Shown in pieces: positions 38,378 through 48,002 of a stretch of 64,000 nt of DNA. A model generated the notes under the pieces. That model did no database searches. It had not been told where the DNA came from and saw only the letters and a list, made by a program, of their open reading frames with translations. Each line of letters starts with the position of its first letter. Positions within the stretch are counted from its first letter, which is position 1. Source of the DNA: Prevotella sp. (GTDB lineage Bacteria > Bacillota_I > Bacilli_A > ML615J-28 > CAG-313); assembly GCA_023665755.1 (NCBI GenBank), contig JAMPDF010000002.1, positions 396,982 to 460,981 on the forward strand. Reading direction: 5' to 3'. Made by a program: the position numbers and the translations under genes.

Positions 38378-40463
38378 AGAATCAAAAAACAATTTAAACG
38401 CAAGAAGAGAATTTTATATCCATCGAATTGTCAGAAATGGAAAAATGTATGATGAAGAGGCACCAAAACAAGAAGAGATAATTGAAACTACACCAAAAGA
38501 AAAAAAGAAAATTTCTTATGCAGAATCATTTGGTTATCGTGAAGATCCTAAACGATATGATTTTTTAAATCCCAAAAAAACAGAGGAAGAAAAAGAATTA
38601 GAGCGGAGAAAAAAGGTATTATCTGTTATTCAAAGTACTCAATTAGAGCCACCTATAGTAGACGAACAAATTGGCTATTATGATGATGGAGTGATGGATG
38701 AAGGAAATATAGCAAATGTAGTTGATCAGTTATATCAAGAAAATGTACTAGATGAAGAAATGGAAATAAATGATGATGTGAAACCTATTGCTGTGCCTTC
38801 TGAGAAGGAAGGATCATCTTTTATTTCATCTAAGGAAATGGTGTTACCAGAAGAAAACGATGTATCCATAGAAATGGTAGCTGAACCAGTCAAAACTAAA
38901 CCAGAGCCTAAACCTATGCCTGAAGCAAAGGAATGGGTTATAGAAAAGCCAGTACAACATGTAAAAGTTGAAGAACCCAAACGCCCAGCTCCTACTAAGA
39001 CAAAGCGATCTAAATATATTGCACCATCATTTGATTTACTCACTTGTTCTGATGAACGAAATAGTGAAAATGAAGATGAAGCTAAAAAACAAGCGGAGAT
39101 TATCAATAAAACTTTTAAAGAGTCAGGTATTCGTGCTGAAGTCGCTCGGTTTATTTTTGGTCCAACAGTAACCCAGTTTTTAATTACGATTGAAGAAGGG
39201 GCCAATATCAAAGATATTCGTAAGGCAGAAGCAAATTTATTAATGTATTTGCAATGCGAAAGTATTCGGATACAAACTCCAATTCCTGGAAAACCTTTTG
39301 GTGGTATTGAAGTACCTAAAAAACCAGAAAATAGAAGAACGGTTTTTTTAGGAGATATGCTTACTTGTAAGGAATTTAAGAATTTAGATTATCAAGTACC
39401 TGTTGCTGTAGGGCAAGATAATTACGGGAATTATCATTATATTGATTTAACAGAGATGCCACATGGACTAGTTGCAGGAACAACAAAATCAGGAAAAAGC
39501 GTATGTTTAAATGCCTTTTTATTGAGTTTGATTTATCGATTTACACCAGATCAATTGCGCCTTGTTTTGATTGATCCAAAAAGAATCGAGTTAGGCGTAT
39601 ATGAAGGTATTCCTCATTTGGCTATGCCTGTTGTTACTGACCAAGAGGATTTTCAAAGTGCACTAGGCTGGGTATATGAAGAAATGGAAAACCGCTATAA
39701 GGAATTTGAGTTATATGGAGAGCGAAATATTGTAGATTATAATGAGATTCGAAAAGAACAACATGAAAAGCAAATGGCCTATATGATAGTCATTATGGAT
39801 GAATTTAGTGATTGGTTTGCCGATGCAAATTCAGAAATTGAGATGTATATGCAAAAATTAGCCCAAAAGGCTAGGGCTGCAGGAATCAATATTATTCTAG
39901 CAACACAAAGACCTTCTAAAGATGTTATCAAAGGAACCATTAAAGCCAATTTTGATACAAGAATTGCCTTCCGTGTGACAGGATTTGCTGATTCACAAGT
40001 TATTTTAGGTAATAGTGGGGCTGAGAAGTTAGAAGGCAAAGGAGATATGTTGATTCGTTATGCAGGACGCAGTGAACAACGTTTACAAGGTGCTTTTGTT
40101 CCTAATAGTGATATCAAAAAAGTAACTAGATTTCTTCGAGAAAACAACACTTGTGAATATATTGTAACGAAGGAAGAAATACATCAATCCACTGTATCTA
40201 GACAAGCCGCAACATCGAGTGCTGGAAAAACACTAGGTCGTGATGATCCACGCTTTGAGGAAGTCGCTTATTGGATTGTTCGCAATAAAAATGCTTCAAT
40301 GAATCAATTGACTCAAAATTTTGGTATGGGATTTAACCGAATCAATGATATTGTTATGGCATTAGAACAAATGGGTGTACTAAGTCCGGGTGTAAAAGGA
40401 AAACAGCGTGAAGTATTGATGGACGAATTTGAATTTACACAATTATTAGAAGAAAATGAATAA
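38370..40463 (+). CDS. ftsK: FtsK/SpoIIIE-family DNA translocase lacking an N-terminal membrane domain (SftA-like), with a C-terminal gamma/winged-helix domain
   Basis: It carries Walker A GTTKSGKS and Walker B MDEF of the FtsK motor. No hydrophobic helix occurs in the first 250 aa or so, which are Lys/Glu/Pro-rich. The C-terminal segment AYWIVRNKNASMNQLTQNFGMGFNRINDIVMALEQMGVL is gamma-domain-like. Confidence 0.85.
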   Translation: MPKESKNNLNARREFYIHRIVRNGKMYDEEAPKQEEIIETTPKEKKKISYAESFGYREDPKRYDFLNPKKTEEEKELERRKKVLSVIQSTQLEPPIVDEQIGYYDDGVMDEGNIANVVDQLYQENVLDEEMEINDDVKPIAVPSEKEGSSFISSKEMVLPEENDVSIEMVAEPVKTKPEPKPMPEAKEWVIEKPVQHVKVEEPKRPAPTKTKRSKYIAPSFDLLTCSDERNSENEDEAKKQAEIINKTFKESGIRAEVARFIFGPTVTQFLITIEEGANIKDIRKAEANLLMYLQCESIRIQTPIPGKPFGGIEVPKKPENRRTVFLGDMLTCKEFKNLDYQVPVAVGQDNYGNYHYIDLTEMPHGLVAGTTKSGKSVCLNAFLLSLIYRFTPDQLRLVLIDPKRIELGVYEGIPHLAMPVVTDQEDFQSALGWVYEEMENRYKEFELYGERNIVDYNEIRKEQHEKQMAYMIVIMDEFSDWFADANSEIEMYMQKLAQKARAAGINIILATQRPSKDVIKGTIKANFDTRIAFRVTGFADSQVILGNSGAEKLEGKGDMLIRYAGRSEQRLQGAFVPNSDIKKVTRFLRENNTCEYIVTKEEIHQSTVSRQAATSSAGKTLGRDDPRFEEVAYWIVRNKNASMNQLTQNFGMGFNRINDIVMALEQMGVLSPGVKGKQREVLMDEFEFTQLLEENE

Positions 40464-40474
40464 GGGGGGAAAAT

Positions 40475-41359
40475 ATGGGTCAAGATCAGTATTTGAAACG
40501 ATATTATAAAAATAATAACCCCTTGCTTTCTCAATTGACGATTCAAAAAAGAATCTTTAAGCGCTTTTGGATATTTATTGTTGCTTCTATTTTCTATTTC
40601 ATTATGATTTCTTTTTCTAATTTTGGAAAATTAAGCGGAGAGTTGACGATTGGCGATACATTATCTATCTTGCATTATATTATGGTGATTTCTGCTTGTA
40701 TCGGTGGAATCGGATTAATTGTGATGGTTTTCTTTTATTGTAAAAAAGATCTTTTGAAAGTATTATCTTACCGAATGAAAGCAGGTTTATTTACTTTCTT
40801 AGATTGGTTCTCGGTTTTGCCAATTTGTATTTTTCTGACCATTTTTTGCTTTTCCTATTTATTCATCATTACACCTGTTAGTGGAACATCCATGATGCCG
40901 ACTATTGAAGACGGAGAACATGTTTTGGTTTGGTATCATCAAAAAATTGAACACGGTTCAGTAGTGATTCTAGAGGTAAATGAAGAGGATAATTTTGATG
41001 TTAGAAAAACAAGCCATTATATCAAACGAGTTGTTGGTTGCCCTGGGGACACAGTAGAATGGAAAAATAAACAGTTGATTATCAATGGTCAAGTAGTAGA
41101 AGAATCCTATTTTCCAGAAGATTATTTAACAAATTTAATTACAACTGATTTTGAGGGACCATTGAAATATAAAGATGAAAAGGGACAACTCATAGAAACA
41201 GTGCGTATTCCAGAAGGATATTATTTTGTACTTGGGGATAATCGTAGTGTAGGGGGAAGTCATGATAGTAGAGCAATAGGTCTTATTCCAGAAGAAAATA
41301 TCATAGGGGTTGCTACCTATCATATGCGCTTTATTATTCCAAGAGGTAAAATTGTATGA
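40475..41359 (+). CDS. lepB: Signal peptidase I (S26) with a roughly 130-aa, 3-TM N-terminal extension
   Basis: The catalytic segment is GTSMMPTIEDGEH (Ser) ... KRVVGCPGD (Lys) ... VLGDNRSVGGSHDSR. An unusual long hydrophobic N-terminus precedes the catalytic domain. Confidence 0.8.
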   Translation: MGQDQYLKRYYKNNNPLLSQLTIQKRIFKRFWIFIVASIFYFIMISFSNFGKLSGELTIGDTLSILHYIMVISACIGGIGLIVMVFFYCKKDLLKVLSYRMKAGLFTFLDWFSVLPICIFLTIFCFSYLFIITPVSGTSMMPTIEDGEHVLVWYHQKIEHGSVVILEVNEEDNFDVRKTSHYIKRVVGCPGDTVEWKNKQLIINGQVVEESYFPEDYLTNLITTDFEGPLKYKDEKGQLIETVRIPEGYYFVLGDNRSVGGSHDSRAIGLIPEENIIGVATYHMRFIIPRGKIV

Positions 41360-42213
41360 TTCAGTGGTATCCTGGTCATATGGCCAAGGCCATCAAAGAA
41401 ATCACAGAAAAAGTCAAAATAGTGGATTTAGTGATTGTCTTATTAGATGCTAGAGTGCCAATATCGTCTTTCAATCCGTTATTAAAAGAAATTTTATCAA
41501 ATAAGAAAGTATTATATATTTTGACAAAAAAAGATAAAGCGGATGCTACCGAAACAGCAAAATGGTTAAAATACTATCAGTCACTTGGCATACGGGCAAT
41601 TGCGATGGATGCACGAGAACTGAAAAATGCCAAAATCGTTGTAAAAGAAGCAACACAATTATTAGCAGATAAACGCGCAAAGGATGTAGCTAGGGGAATA
41701 AAGCCAAGACCGATTAAAACGATGATTGTAGGAATTCCCAATGTAGGAAAATCAACCTTAATTAATGCTTTAGTTGGAAAAAGAGTAACCGCAGTGGGGG
41801 ATAGACCTGGTGTAACAAAGGTTCAGCAATGGATTAAAATCAATCAGGATTTAGAATTATTAGATACACCGGGTGTATTGTGGCAAAAGTTTGAAGATCA
41901 AACAATGGGACTTCATTTATCGATTACAGGTGCCATTCATGATGCAATATTGCCGGTTGTAGAAGTCAGTACATATTTGATTGATGCTTTGAATCAGTAT
42001 TATCCTGGAGCGCTAGAGAAAAGATATCAACTTTCTTTTCAACATCAAACAGCAGAAGACATACTATGTTCAATTGCCAAAAAGCAAAATCATTATTTAT
42101 CTGATAAATCGTTTGATTTAGAAAGAACGGCTCTATTCTTACTTCAAGAAGTAAGAAATGGGTATTATGGAAGAATTACATTAGATAGGTGCCCAATATG
42201 CGAAAATCAGTAG
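41356..42213 (+). CDS. rbgA: Ribosome biogenesis GTPase A (YlqF/RbgA)
   Basis: It starts MIQWYPGHMAKA and has a circularly permuted GTPase (NKKDKAD before GIPNVGKST ... DTPG). Confidence 0.85.
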   Translation: MIQWYPGHMAKAIKEITEKVKIVDLVIVLLDARVPISSFNPLLKEILSNKKVLYILTKKDKADATETAKWLKYYQSLGIRAIAMDARELKNAKIVVKEATQLLADKRAKDVARGIKPRPIKTMIVGIPNVGKSTLINALVGKRVTAVGDRPGVTKVQQWIKINQDLELLDTPGVLWQKFEDQTMGLHLSITGAIHDAILPVVEVSTYLIDALNQYYPGALEKRYQLSFQHQTAEDILCSIAKKQNHYLSDKSFDLERTALFLLQEVRNGYYGRITLDRCPICENQ

Positions 42214-42830
42214 AAGAAATGAAAGAAAATTACACTTTTGAAACCAGATATTATGCTGAAGGATTTCAATATATTGCGGGGACCGATGAAGTAGGAAGAG
42301 GCCCTTTGGCAGGTCCTGTTGTAGCAAGTGCTGTTATTATGCCTAAGGGATGTTATATTGAAGGGGTTACAGATTCGAAGAAATTATCGAGTAAAAAAAG
42401 AAAAGCTTTGCGAGCTGAAATTGAAGCAAAAGCATTAAGCATTGTTACAGTATTTATTGATGAGGAAACAATTGATCAAATCAATATTTATGAAGCTAGT
42501 CGCTTGGCCATGCAACAAGCTATAAAAGGTTTATATCCACAACCCGATTTGGTTCTATCTGATGCTATGCCATTACATATGGAAATAGAGAATCTCCCCA
42601 TTATTAAGGGCGATGAAAAAAGTTTTGTTATTGGCTGTGCAAGTATTATTGCCAAGGAAATTCGTGATGACTATATGGATATATTAGACAAAAGGTATCC
42701 TGGATATGGATTCAGTCAAAATAAGGGATATCCAACCAAGGCACATCAGGAGGCTTTACAAACGCAAGGTGTTTTGCCAATTCATCGCAAAACATATGGT
42801 CCTGTAGCAAGATTATTGCAAAATAAATAA
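42198..42830 (+). CDS. rnhB: Ribonuclease HII
   Basis: It has the IAGTDEVGRGPLAGPVVASAV catalytic N-motif and the rbgA-rnhB synteny. The exact start is ambiguous (42189, 42198 or 42219). Confidence 0.8.
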   Translation: MRKSVEEMKENYTFETRYYAEGFQYIAGTDEVGRGPLAGPVVASAVIMPKGCYIEGVTDSKKLSSKKRKALRAEIEAKALSIVTVFIDEETIDQINIYEASRLAMQQAIKGLYPQPDLVLSDAMPLHMEIENLPIIKGDEKSFVIGCASIIAKEIRDDYMDILDKRYPGYGFSQNKGYPTKAHQEALQTQGVLPIHRKTYGPVARLLQNK

Positions 42831-42844
42831 ATATAGGTGAAAAG

Positions 42845-43774
42845 ATGAATTTATTACATTTAAAATACGTTGTTGAAGTATATCAAACCAAATCATTTAC
42901 AAAAGCTGCAGAAAATTTATATATGGGACAACCTAATTTAAGTAGAGCCATTAAGGAGTTAGAACAGTCCTTAGGCATTACTATCTTTAGACGAACATCG
43001 AGAGGCATTGAAATTACTGAAGCAGGTGAGGAATTTGTTCATTATGCTAAAAAGATATTACAAGAGGTAGATGTTGTAGAAAAACGATATACACAACAAG
43101 AGACGCCAAAAGAAAAATTCTCAATTCTTGTGCCACGAGCTAGTTATATTGGTTCTGCTTTTGTAGCATTTATGCGCAAAATTGATCCTCATAAACATAT
43201 GGATATCACTTATAAAGAGACCAATTCTTTGAAAGCTCTAGATAAAGTATTAAAGGGTGAATATCGTTTGGGAATTATTCGATATCGCTCCTGTTTCGAT
43301 CGTGCATTTAAGCAAATGTTTGAGGAAAAGGGTTTAAATTATGAATTGATTTCTGAATTTCAGTATCAATTGGTAGTGCATCAAGATCACCCATTGACAA
43401 AGTTGGAACAAGTGACATGTGAAGATTTAAATCAATATATTGAAATCTGTCATCCTGATCCGTATGTCCCTAATGTTCCTTTTTATGATGTGAAAAAGAT
43501 TGAATTTTCAGAGGCCATTCATAGAAGAATATCAGTCTATGAAAGAGCTAGTCAATTTGATTTACTAGAGAATTTGCCCAATACATTTATGTGGGTTTCA
43601 CCTATTCCTCAAAAATTAATGGAAAAGTATAATTTGGTTGAACTAGTTTGTAAAGAACATAGTAATAAATATAAGGATGTCCTAATTTTTCGAAAAGGTT
43701 ATCATCTTACACCGATTGACCATCAATTTTTAACTATTTTATGTCAAGTAAAAAGAGAAATTTTAAAAGAATAA
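42845..43774 (+). CDS. LysR-family transcriptional regulator
   Basis: It has the N-terminal LysR wHTH (LHLKYVVEVYQTKSFTKAAENLYMGQPNLSRAIKELE) and a substrate-binding C-domain. Confidence 0.8.
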   Translation: MNLLHLKYVVEVYQTKSFTKAAENLYMGQPNLSRAIKELEQSLGITIFRRTSRGIEITEAGEEFVHYAKKILQEVDVVEKRYTQQETPKEKFSILVPRASYIGSAFVAFMRKIDPHKHMDITYKETNSLKALDKVLKGEYRLGIIRYRSCFDRAFKQMFEEKGLNYELISEFQYQLVVHQDHPLTKLEQVTCEDLNQYIEICHPDPYVPNVPFYDVKKIEFSEAIHRRISVYERASQFDLLENLPNTFMWVSPIPQKLMEKYNLVELVCKEHSNKYKDVLIFRKGYHLTPIDHQFLTILCQVKREILKE

Positions 43775-43812
43775 TATCCATATCAATTTGATATGGATTT
43801 ATTTATTTTTTA
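43775..43812 (+). terminator. Rho-independent terminator after the LysR gene
   Basis: ATCCATATCAA / TTGATATGGAT is followed by TTTATTTATTTTTT. Confidence 0.7.
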
Positions 43813-43815
43813 CAT

Positions 43816-43844
43816 TTGCCAAAAAAAAGCAAATTATGTATAAT
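43816..43844 (+). promoter_or_regulatory. Sigma-A promoter (TTGCCA-17-TATAAT) upstream of rex-adhE-hydrogenase operon
   Basis: The -35 is at 43816-43821, the spacer is 17 nt and the -10 is at 43839-43844, preceded by TG. Confidence 0.5.
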
Positions 43845-44005
43845 AATAGGGTAATAGCTTGTTGGTATATTCAATATCATTTTAATGCTAGAAAAAACAA
43901 AAATGAATAGCTATACAAGAATCATCTAGGATGATTTTTCCTTTATGATTTTTAATCGATATACTAGTATCGATATAGTTATATTTGATTCAAGGTGGTG
44001 AGAAC

Positions 44006-44629
44006 TTGCTACAGAATGCTGTTGCTAAAACAGTCCTTTATCGTATACCTATGTATTTGGAATATTTAATGGATATTCATGAAAATGAACCATCCATATC
44101 ACATATTTCTTCAAAGAAGATTTCGACTGATTTAGAATTAGGAGAAGTACAAGTAAGAAAAGATTTATCTATGATATGCGATAAGGGAAAACCCAAAATA
44201 GGATATAATTTATTAGAACTTATCGCGCATCTTCAAGACTATTTGGGGTGCAACTTTACCAAATATGCAATAGTAATAGGGGTTGGGAAATTAGGTAGCG
44301 CCATTTATCATTACGATGGTTTCAAGAAGTATGGTATTGAAATTGTTGCGGGATACGACAAAAAAGGTAACAGGATACCTGGTATTCAATTTTTTTCAAA
44401 AGAAAATGTGATGAAAATATTTCAAACGCATAAGATTGAAATTGGGATTATTTGTGTACCCAAAGAAGAAGCCCAAGAGGTTGCCGATGTACTAGTTGCA
44501 CTCGGTATAAAAGCAATTTGGAATTTTGCACCTATCCGGTTAAAGGTTCCAAAACATATATTTGTTCAAAATGAAAATCTTGCTTATTCATTAAGCATTA
44601 TCTCATCAATTATTAATCATTCACAATAG
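44006..44629 (+). CDS. rex: Redox-sensing transcriptional repressor Rex
   Basis: It has the N-terminal wHTH (VLYRIPMYLEYL) and an NADH-binding Rossmann fold (AIVGVGKLGSAIYHY). The likely TTG start at 44006 lies 5 nt after RBS AAGGTGGTGA. The ORF track starts at an upstream TTG at 43985. Confidence 0.75.
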   Translation: MLQNAVAKTVLYRIPMYLEYLMDIHENEPSISHISSKKISTDLELGEVQVRKDLSMICDKGKPKIGYNLLELIAHLQDYLGCNFTKYAIVIGVGKLGSAIYHYDGFKKYGIEIVAGYDKKGNRIPGIQFFSKENVMKIFQTHKIEIGIICVPKEEAQEVADVLVALGIKAIWNFAPIRLKVPKHIFVQNENLAYSLSIISSIINHSQ

Positions 44630-44638
44630 GAGGTAGAC

Positions 44639-47242
44639 ATGAATAAAATAGTTGACAGTTTAGAAACGTTAGAAGAAAAAATTAAAGAAGTGCGAAAGGC
44701 ACAAGAGATTTTAGCTACTTATACACAAGAACAAGTAGATAAGATTTTTAAGGCGGCGGCTATTGCGGCAAATTCCAATCGAATTATGTTAGCAAAAATG
44801 GCAGTAGAAGAAACAGGCATGGGAGTGGTTGAAGATAAGGTAATCAAAAACCATTATGCCAGTGAATATATTTATAATGCTTATCGTGATACACAAACTT
44901 GTGGTGTCATTGAAGAAGATAGTGCTTTTGGCATCAAAAAGGTTGCAGAACCAATTGGCGTTATTGCTGCAGTTATTCCGACGACAAATCCAACATCTAC
45001 AGCGATATTCAAAACATTAATTGCTCTAAAAACGCGAAATGGAATTATCATTAGTCCACATCCAAGGGCGAAAAAATCAACGATTGCTGCAGCAAAAGTG
45101 GTACTAGATGCTGCTGTAAAGGCGGGTGCTCCCAAACATATTATTGGTTGGATTGATGTTCCGAGTCTAGAAATGACGAATACTGTGATGAAAGAAGCCG
45201 ATATTATTTTAGCAACAGGTGGTCCTGGTATGGTGAAAGCTGCCTACTCTAGCGGCAAACCTGCTTTAGGAGTAGGTTCAGGAAATACACCAGCAATCAT
45301 TGACGAAAGTGCAAATGTGGTTCTTGCAGTCAACTCCATTATTCATTCCAAAACATTTGATAATGGAATGATTTGCGCATCTGAACAATCAGTGATTGTA
45401 TTAAAAAAGATATATGAACAAGTAAAAGATGAGTTTTTGAAAAGAGGCTGTTATTTCTTAAATCCAGAAGAATTGGAGAAAGTAAGAAAGACAATTTTAA
45501 TTAATGGATCTTTGAATGCGAAGATTGTAGGACAATCAGCTTATAAAATTGCTCAGTTATCGGGTATTGAGGTGCCTGCCTATACAAAAATTTTAATTGG
45601 TGAAGTAGAAAAATATGATTTGAGTGAAGAGTTTGCGCATGAAAAATTATCTCCAGTACTTGCTATGTATAAGGCTACTTCATTTGATGACGCTTTAGTT
45701 AAAGCAGAATCTTTAATTGCAGATGGTGGATTGGGACACACTTCCTCGATTTTTATTGATCAAATTCATGAAAAAGCCAAATTAGAAAAATTTTATAATC
45801 GAATGAAGACCTGTAGAATTATTGTCAATACACCTGCTTCTCAAGGAGGTATTGGGGATTTATATAACTTTAAACTGGCTCCATCTCTTACATTAGGTTG
45901 TGGATCATGGGGAGGAAACAGTGTTTCTGAAAATGTTGGTGTCAAACATTTATTAAATATCAAAACAGTAGCGGAAAGAAGGGAAAATATGTTGTGGTTT
46001 AGAACTCCTCAAAAAGTATATATCAAAAAAGGATGTTTACCTGTTGCCCTAAATGAATTAAAGGATGTATACAATAAAAAGAAGGTATTTATTGTAACAG
46101 ATGGTTTCTTGTATCAAAATGGATATACAAAGCCTATTACCAATCAATTGGATGCTATGGGAATAATGCATACTACTTTCTATAATGTTGCTGCTGATCC
46201 TTCTTTAGGCAGTGCAAAAGAAGGGGCAAGGCAAATGGCTTCTTTTGGACCAGATGCAATTATTGCTATAGGTGGAGGTTCCGCAATGGATGCTGCTAAA
46301 ATCATGTGGGTATTATATGAACACCCAGAAGTAGATTTTGCTGATATGGCTATGCGTTTTTCCGATATTCGCAAAAGAATTTATCAATTTCCAAAGATGG
46401 GGGAAAAAGCAATGTTTATTGCTATTCCAACTACAGCGGGAACTGGTTCTGAAGTTACGCCATTTGCTGTTATTACTGATGAGGCTACGGGTATTAAATA
46501 TCCACTAGCAGATTATGAATTGATGCCTAATATGGCAATTGTAGATGCGGATATGATGATGAATGCACCGAAAGGTCTTACGAGTGCATCCGGAATAGAT
46601 GCAGTTACACATGCATTAGAAGCATATGCATCAATGCTCGCAACAGAGTATACAGATGGTCTTGCAAAAGAGGCATTAAAGGTAATTTTTGAATATTTGC
46701 CTCGGGCATATGAAGATGGACCATCAGATGCAGTAGCTAGAGAAAAAATGGCTAATGCAGCAACTATGGCAGGTATGGCTTTTGCTAATGCTTTCCTAGG
46801 AGTTTGTCACTCTATGGCACATAAATTAGGTGCATTCCACCATTTACCACATGGTGTAGCTAATGCTTTGATGATTGATGAAGTGATTCATTTCAATAGT
46901 GCAGAAATTCCAACTAAGATGGGAACCTTCCCACAATATGATCATCCACATACGGCTAGTCGATATGCTGAAATTGCAGACTATTTGGGATTAGGAGGAA
47001 AGACAACTGAAGAAAAAGTAGAACTATTGATTGAAAAAATAGATCAGTTAAAAGAAAAAATTGGTATCAAACAGTCTATTCAAGAATATGGTGTGGATGA
47101 AAAAGATTTCTTAGAAAGATTAGATGAAATGACTGAACAAGCATTTGATGATCAATGTACAGGTGCTAATCCTCGTTATCCTCTAATGAGTGAAATTAAA
47201 CAAATGTATTTAAATGCATATTATGGAAAGGAGACAAAGTAA
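44639..47242 (+). CDS. adhE: Bifunctional aldehyde/alcohol dehydrogenase AdhE
   Basis: It is 867 aa with an N-terminal ALDH domain and a C-terminal Fe-ADH domain (GGGSAMDAAK and the iron-ADH histidines). Confidence 0.95.
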   Translation: MNKIVDSLETLEEKIKEVRKAQEILATYTQEQVDKIFKAAAIAANSNRIMLAKMAVEETGMGVVEDKVIKNHYASEYIYNAYRDTQTCGVIEEDSAFGIKKVAEPIGVIAAVIPTTNPTSTAIFKTLIALKTRNGIIISPHPRAKKSTIAAAKVVLDAAVKAGAPKHIIGWIDVPSLEMTNTVMKEADIILATGGPGMVKAAYSSGKPALGVGSGNTPAIIDESANVVLAVNSIIHSKTFDNGMICASEQSVIVLKKIYEQVKDEFLKRGCYFLNPEELEKVRKTILINGSLNAKIVGQSAYKIAQLSGIEVPAYTKILIGEVEKYDLSEEFAHEKLSPVLAMYKATSFDDALVKAESLIADGGLGHTSSIFIDQIHEKAKLEKFYNRMKTCRIIVNTPASQGGIGDLYNFKLAPSLTLGCGSWGGNSVSENVGVKHLLNIKTVAERRENMLWFRTPQKVYIKKGCLPVALNELKDVYNKKKVFIVTDGFLYQNGYTKPITNQLDAMGIMHTTFYNVAADPSLGSAKEGARQMASFGPDAIIAIGGGSAMDAAKIMWVLYEHPEVDFADMAMRFSDIRKRIYQFPKMGEKAMFIAIPTTAGTGSEVTPFAVITDEATGIKYPLADYELMPNMAIVDADMMMNAPKGLTSASGIDAVTHALEAYASMLATEYTDGLAKEALKVIFEYLPRAYEDGPSDAVAREKMANAATMAGMAFANAFLGVCHSMAHKLGAFHHLPHGVANALMIDEVIHFNSAEIPTKMGTFPQYDHPHTASRYAEIADYLGLGGKTTEEKVELLIEKIDQLKEKIGIKQSIQEYGVDEKDFLERLDEMTEQAFDDQCTGANPRYPLMSEIKQMYLNAYYGKETK

Positions 47243-47243
47243 A

Positions 47244-47993
47244 ATGGATTTAGAACGTGTTATTGCCGTAAGAACATCAAAGACAATTTATCGGACAGGT
47301 GAAAAAGTTGTTAAGGTATTTGATGAAGACTATTCAAAAGTAGATGTCTTAAATGAAGCGTTAAATCAAGCGATTGTAGAAGGATTAGGACTACATATTC
47401 CTAAGATTTATTCTGTAGAATCTGTAGAGGGAAAATGGGCCATTGTCTCTGAATATATAAAAGGAAAAACAATTTCTGATTTGATGCAAATGCATCCTGA
47501 GAAAAAAAATGAATATTTAGAAAAATTTGTGGATTTACAACTATCCATGCATCAAGTCAAGTGTTCTAATTTAAAGAAACTCAAAGACAAAATGAATACA
47601 AAAATTAGCCAAACGGACTTAGATGCTACTACTCGTTATGAATTACATACGAGATTAGAGGGGATGCCTAAACATAATAAGTTGTGTCATGGTGATTTTA
47701 ATCCATCAAATGTAATTATTCGTGAGGATGGAACACCATTTATTATTGACTGGAGTCATGCTACGCAAGGCAACGCATCTGCTGATGTTGCTAGAACATA
47801 TTTGTTATTTTGGTTAAATCAAGAGGGTGAAACAGCAAATCAATATTTGGATTTATATTGCCAAAAGAGTGGTGTAGCTAAGAAATATATTCAGTCTTGG
47901 TTACCTATTGTTGCTGCGTCACAATCTGTAAAAGGTCATCAAAATGAACGTGATCTTTTGTTGAGTTGGGTTAATGTTGTTGACTACGAATAG
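47244..47993 (+). CDS. Protein-kinase-fold phosphotransferase (APH/choline-kinase family)
   Basis: It carries the Brenner motif HGDFNPSNVII and IDWSHA (DxxxxN...D). The start ATG at 47244 follows RBS AAGGAG, 1 nt after the adhE stop. Confidence 0.6.
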   Translation: MDLERVIAVRTSKTIYRTGEKVVKVFDEDYSKVDVLNEALNQAIVEGLGLHIPKIYSVESVEGKWAIVSEYIKGKTISDLMQMHPEKKNEYLEKFVDLQLSMHQVKCSNLKKLKDKMNTKISQTDLDATTRYELHTRLEGMPKHNKLCHGDFNPSNVIIREDGTPFIIDWSHATQGNASADVARTYLLFWLNQEGETANQYLDLYCQKSGVAKKYIQSWLPIVAASQSVKGHQNERDLLLSWVNVVDYE

Positions 47994-48002
47994 GAGGAAA
48001 AT

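Noticed and set aside
38735-39211. 158-aa minus-strand ORF inside ftsK, and similar antisense ORFs inside potA, leuS, secA, adhE, hydS and others
   Set aside because: All lie antisense within strongly supported conserved genes and have Ser/Ile-rich low-complexity translations. They are typical shadow ORFs.
43850-43985. Candidate Rex operator TTGTTGGTATATTCAATATCA in the rex leader
   Set aside because: It matches only the left half-site TTGTT of the clostridial Rex consensus. The right half-site is not conserved, so no call was made. See the palindrome finding instead.
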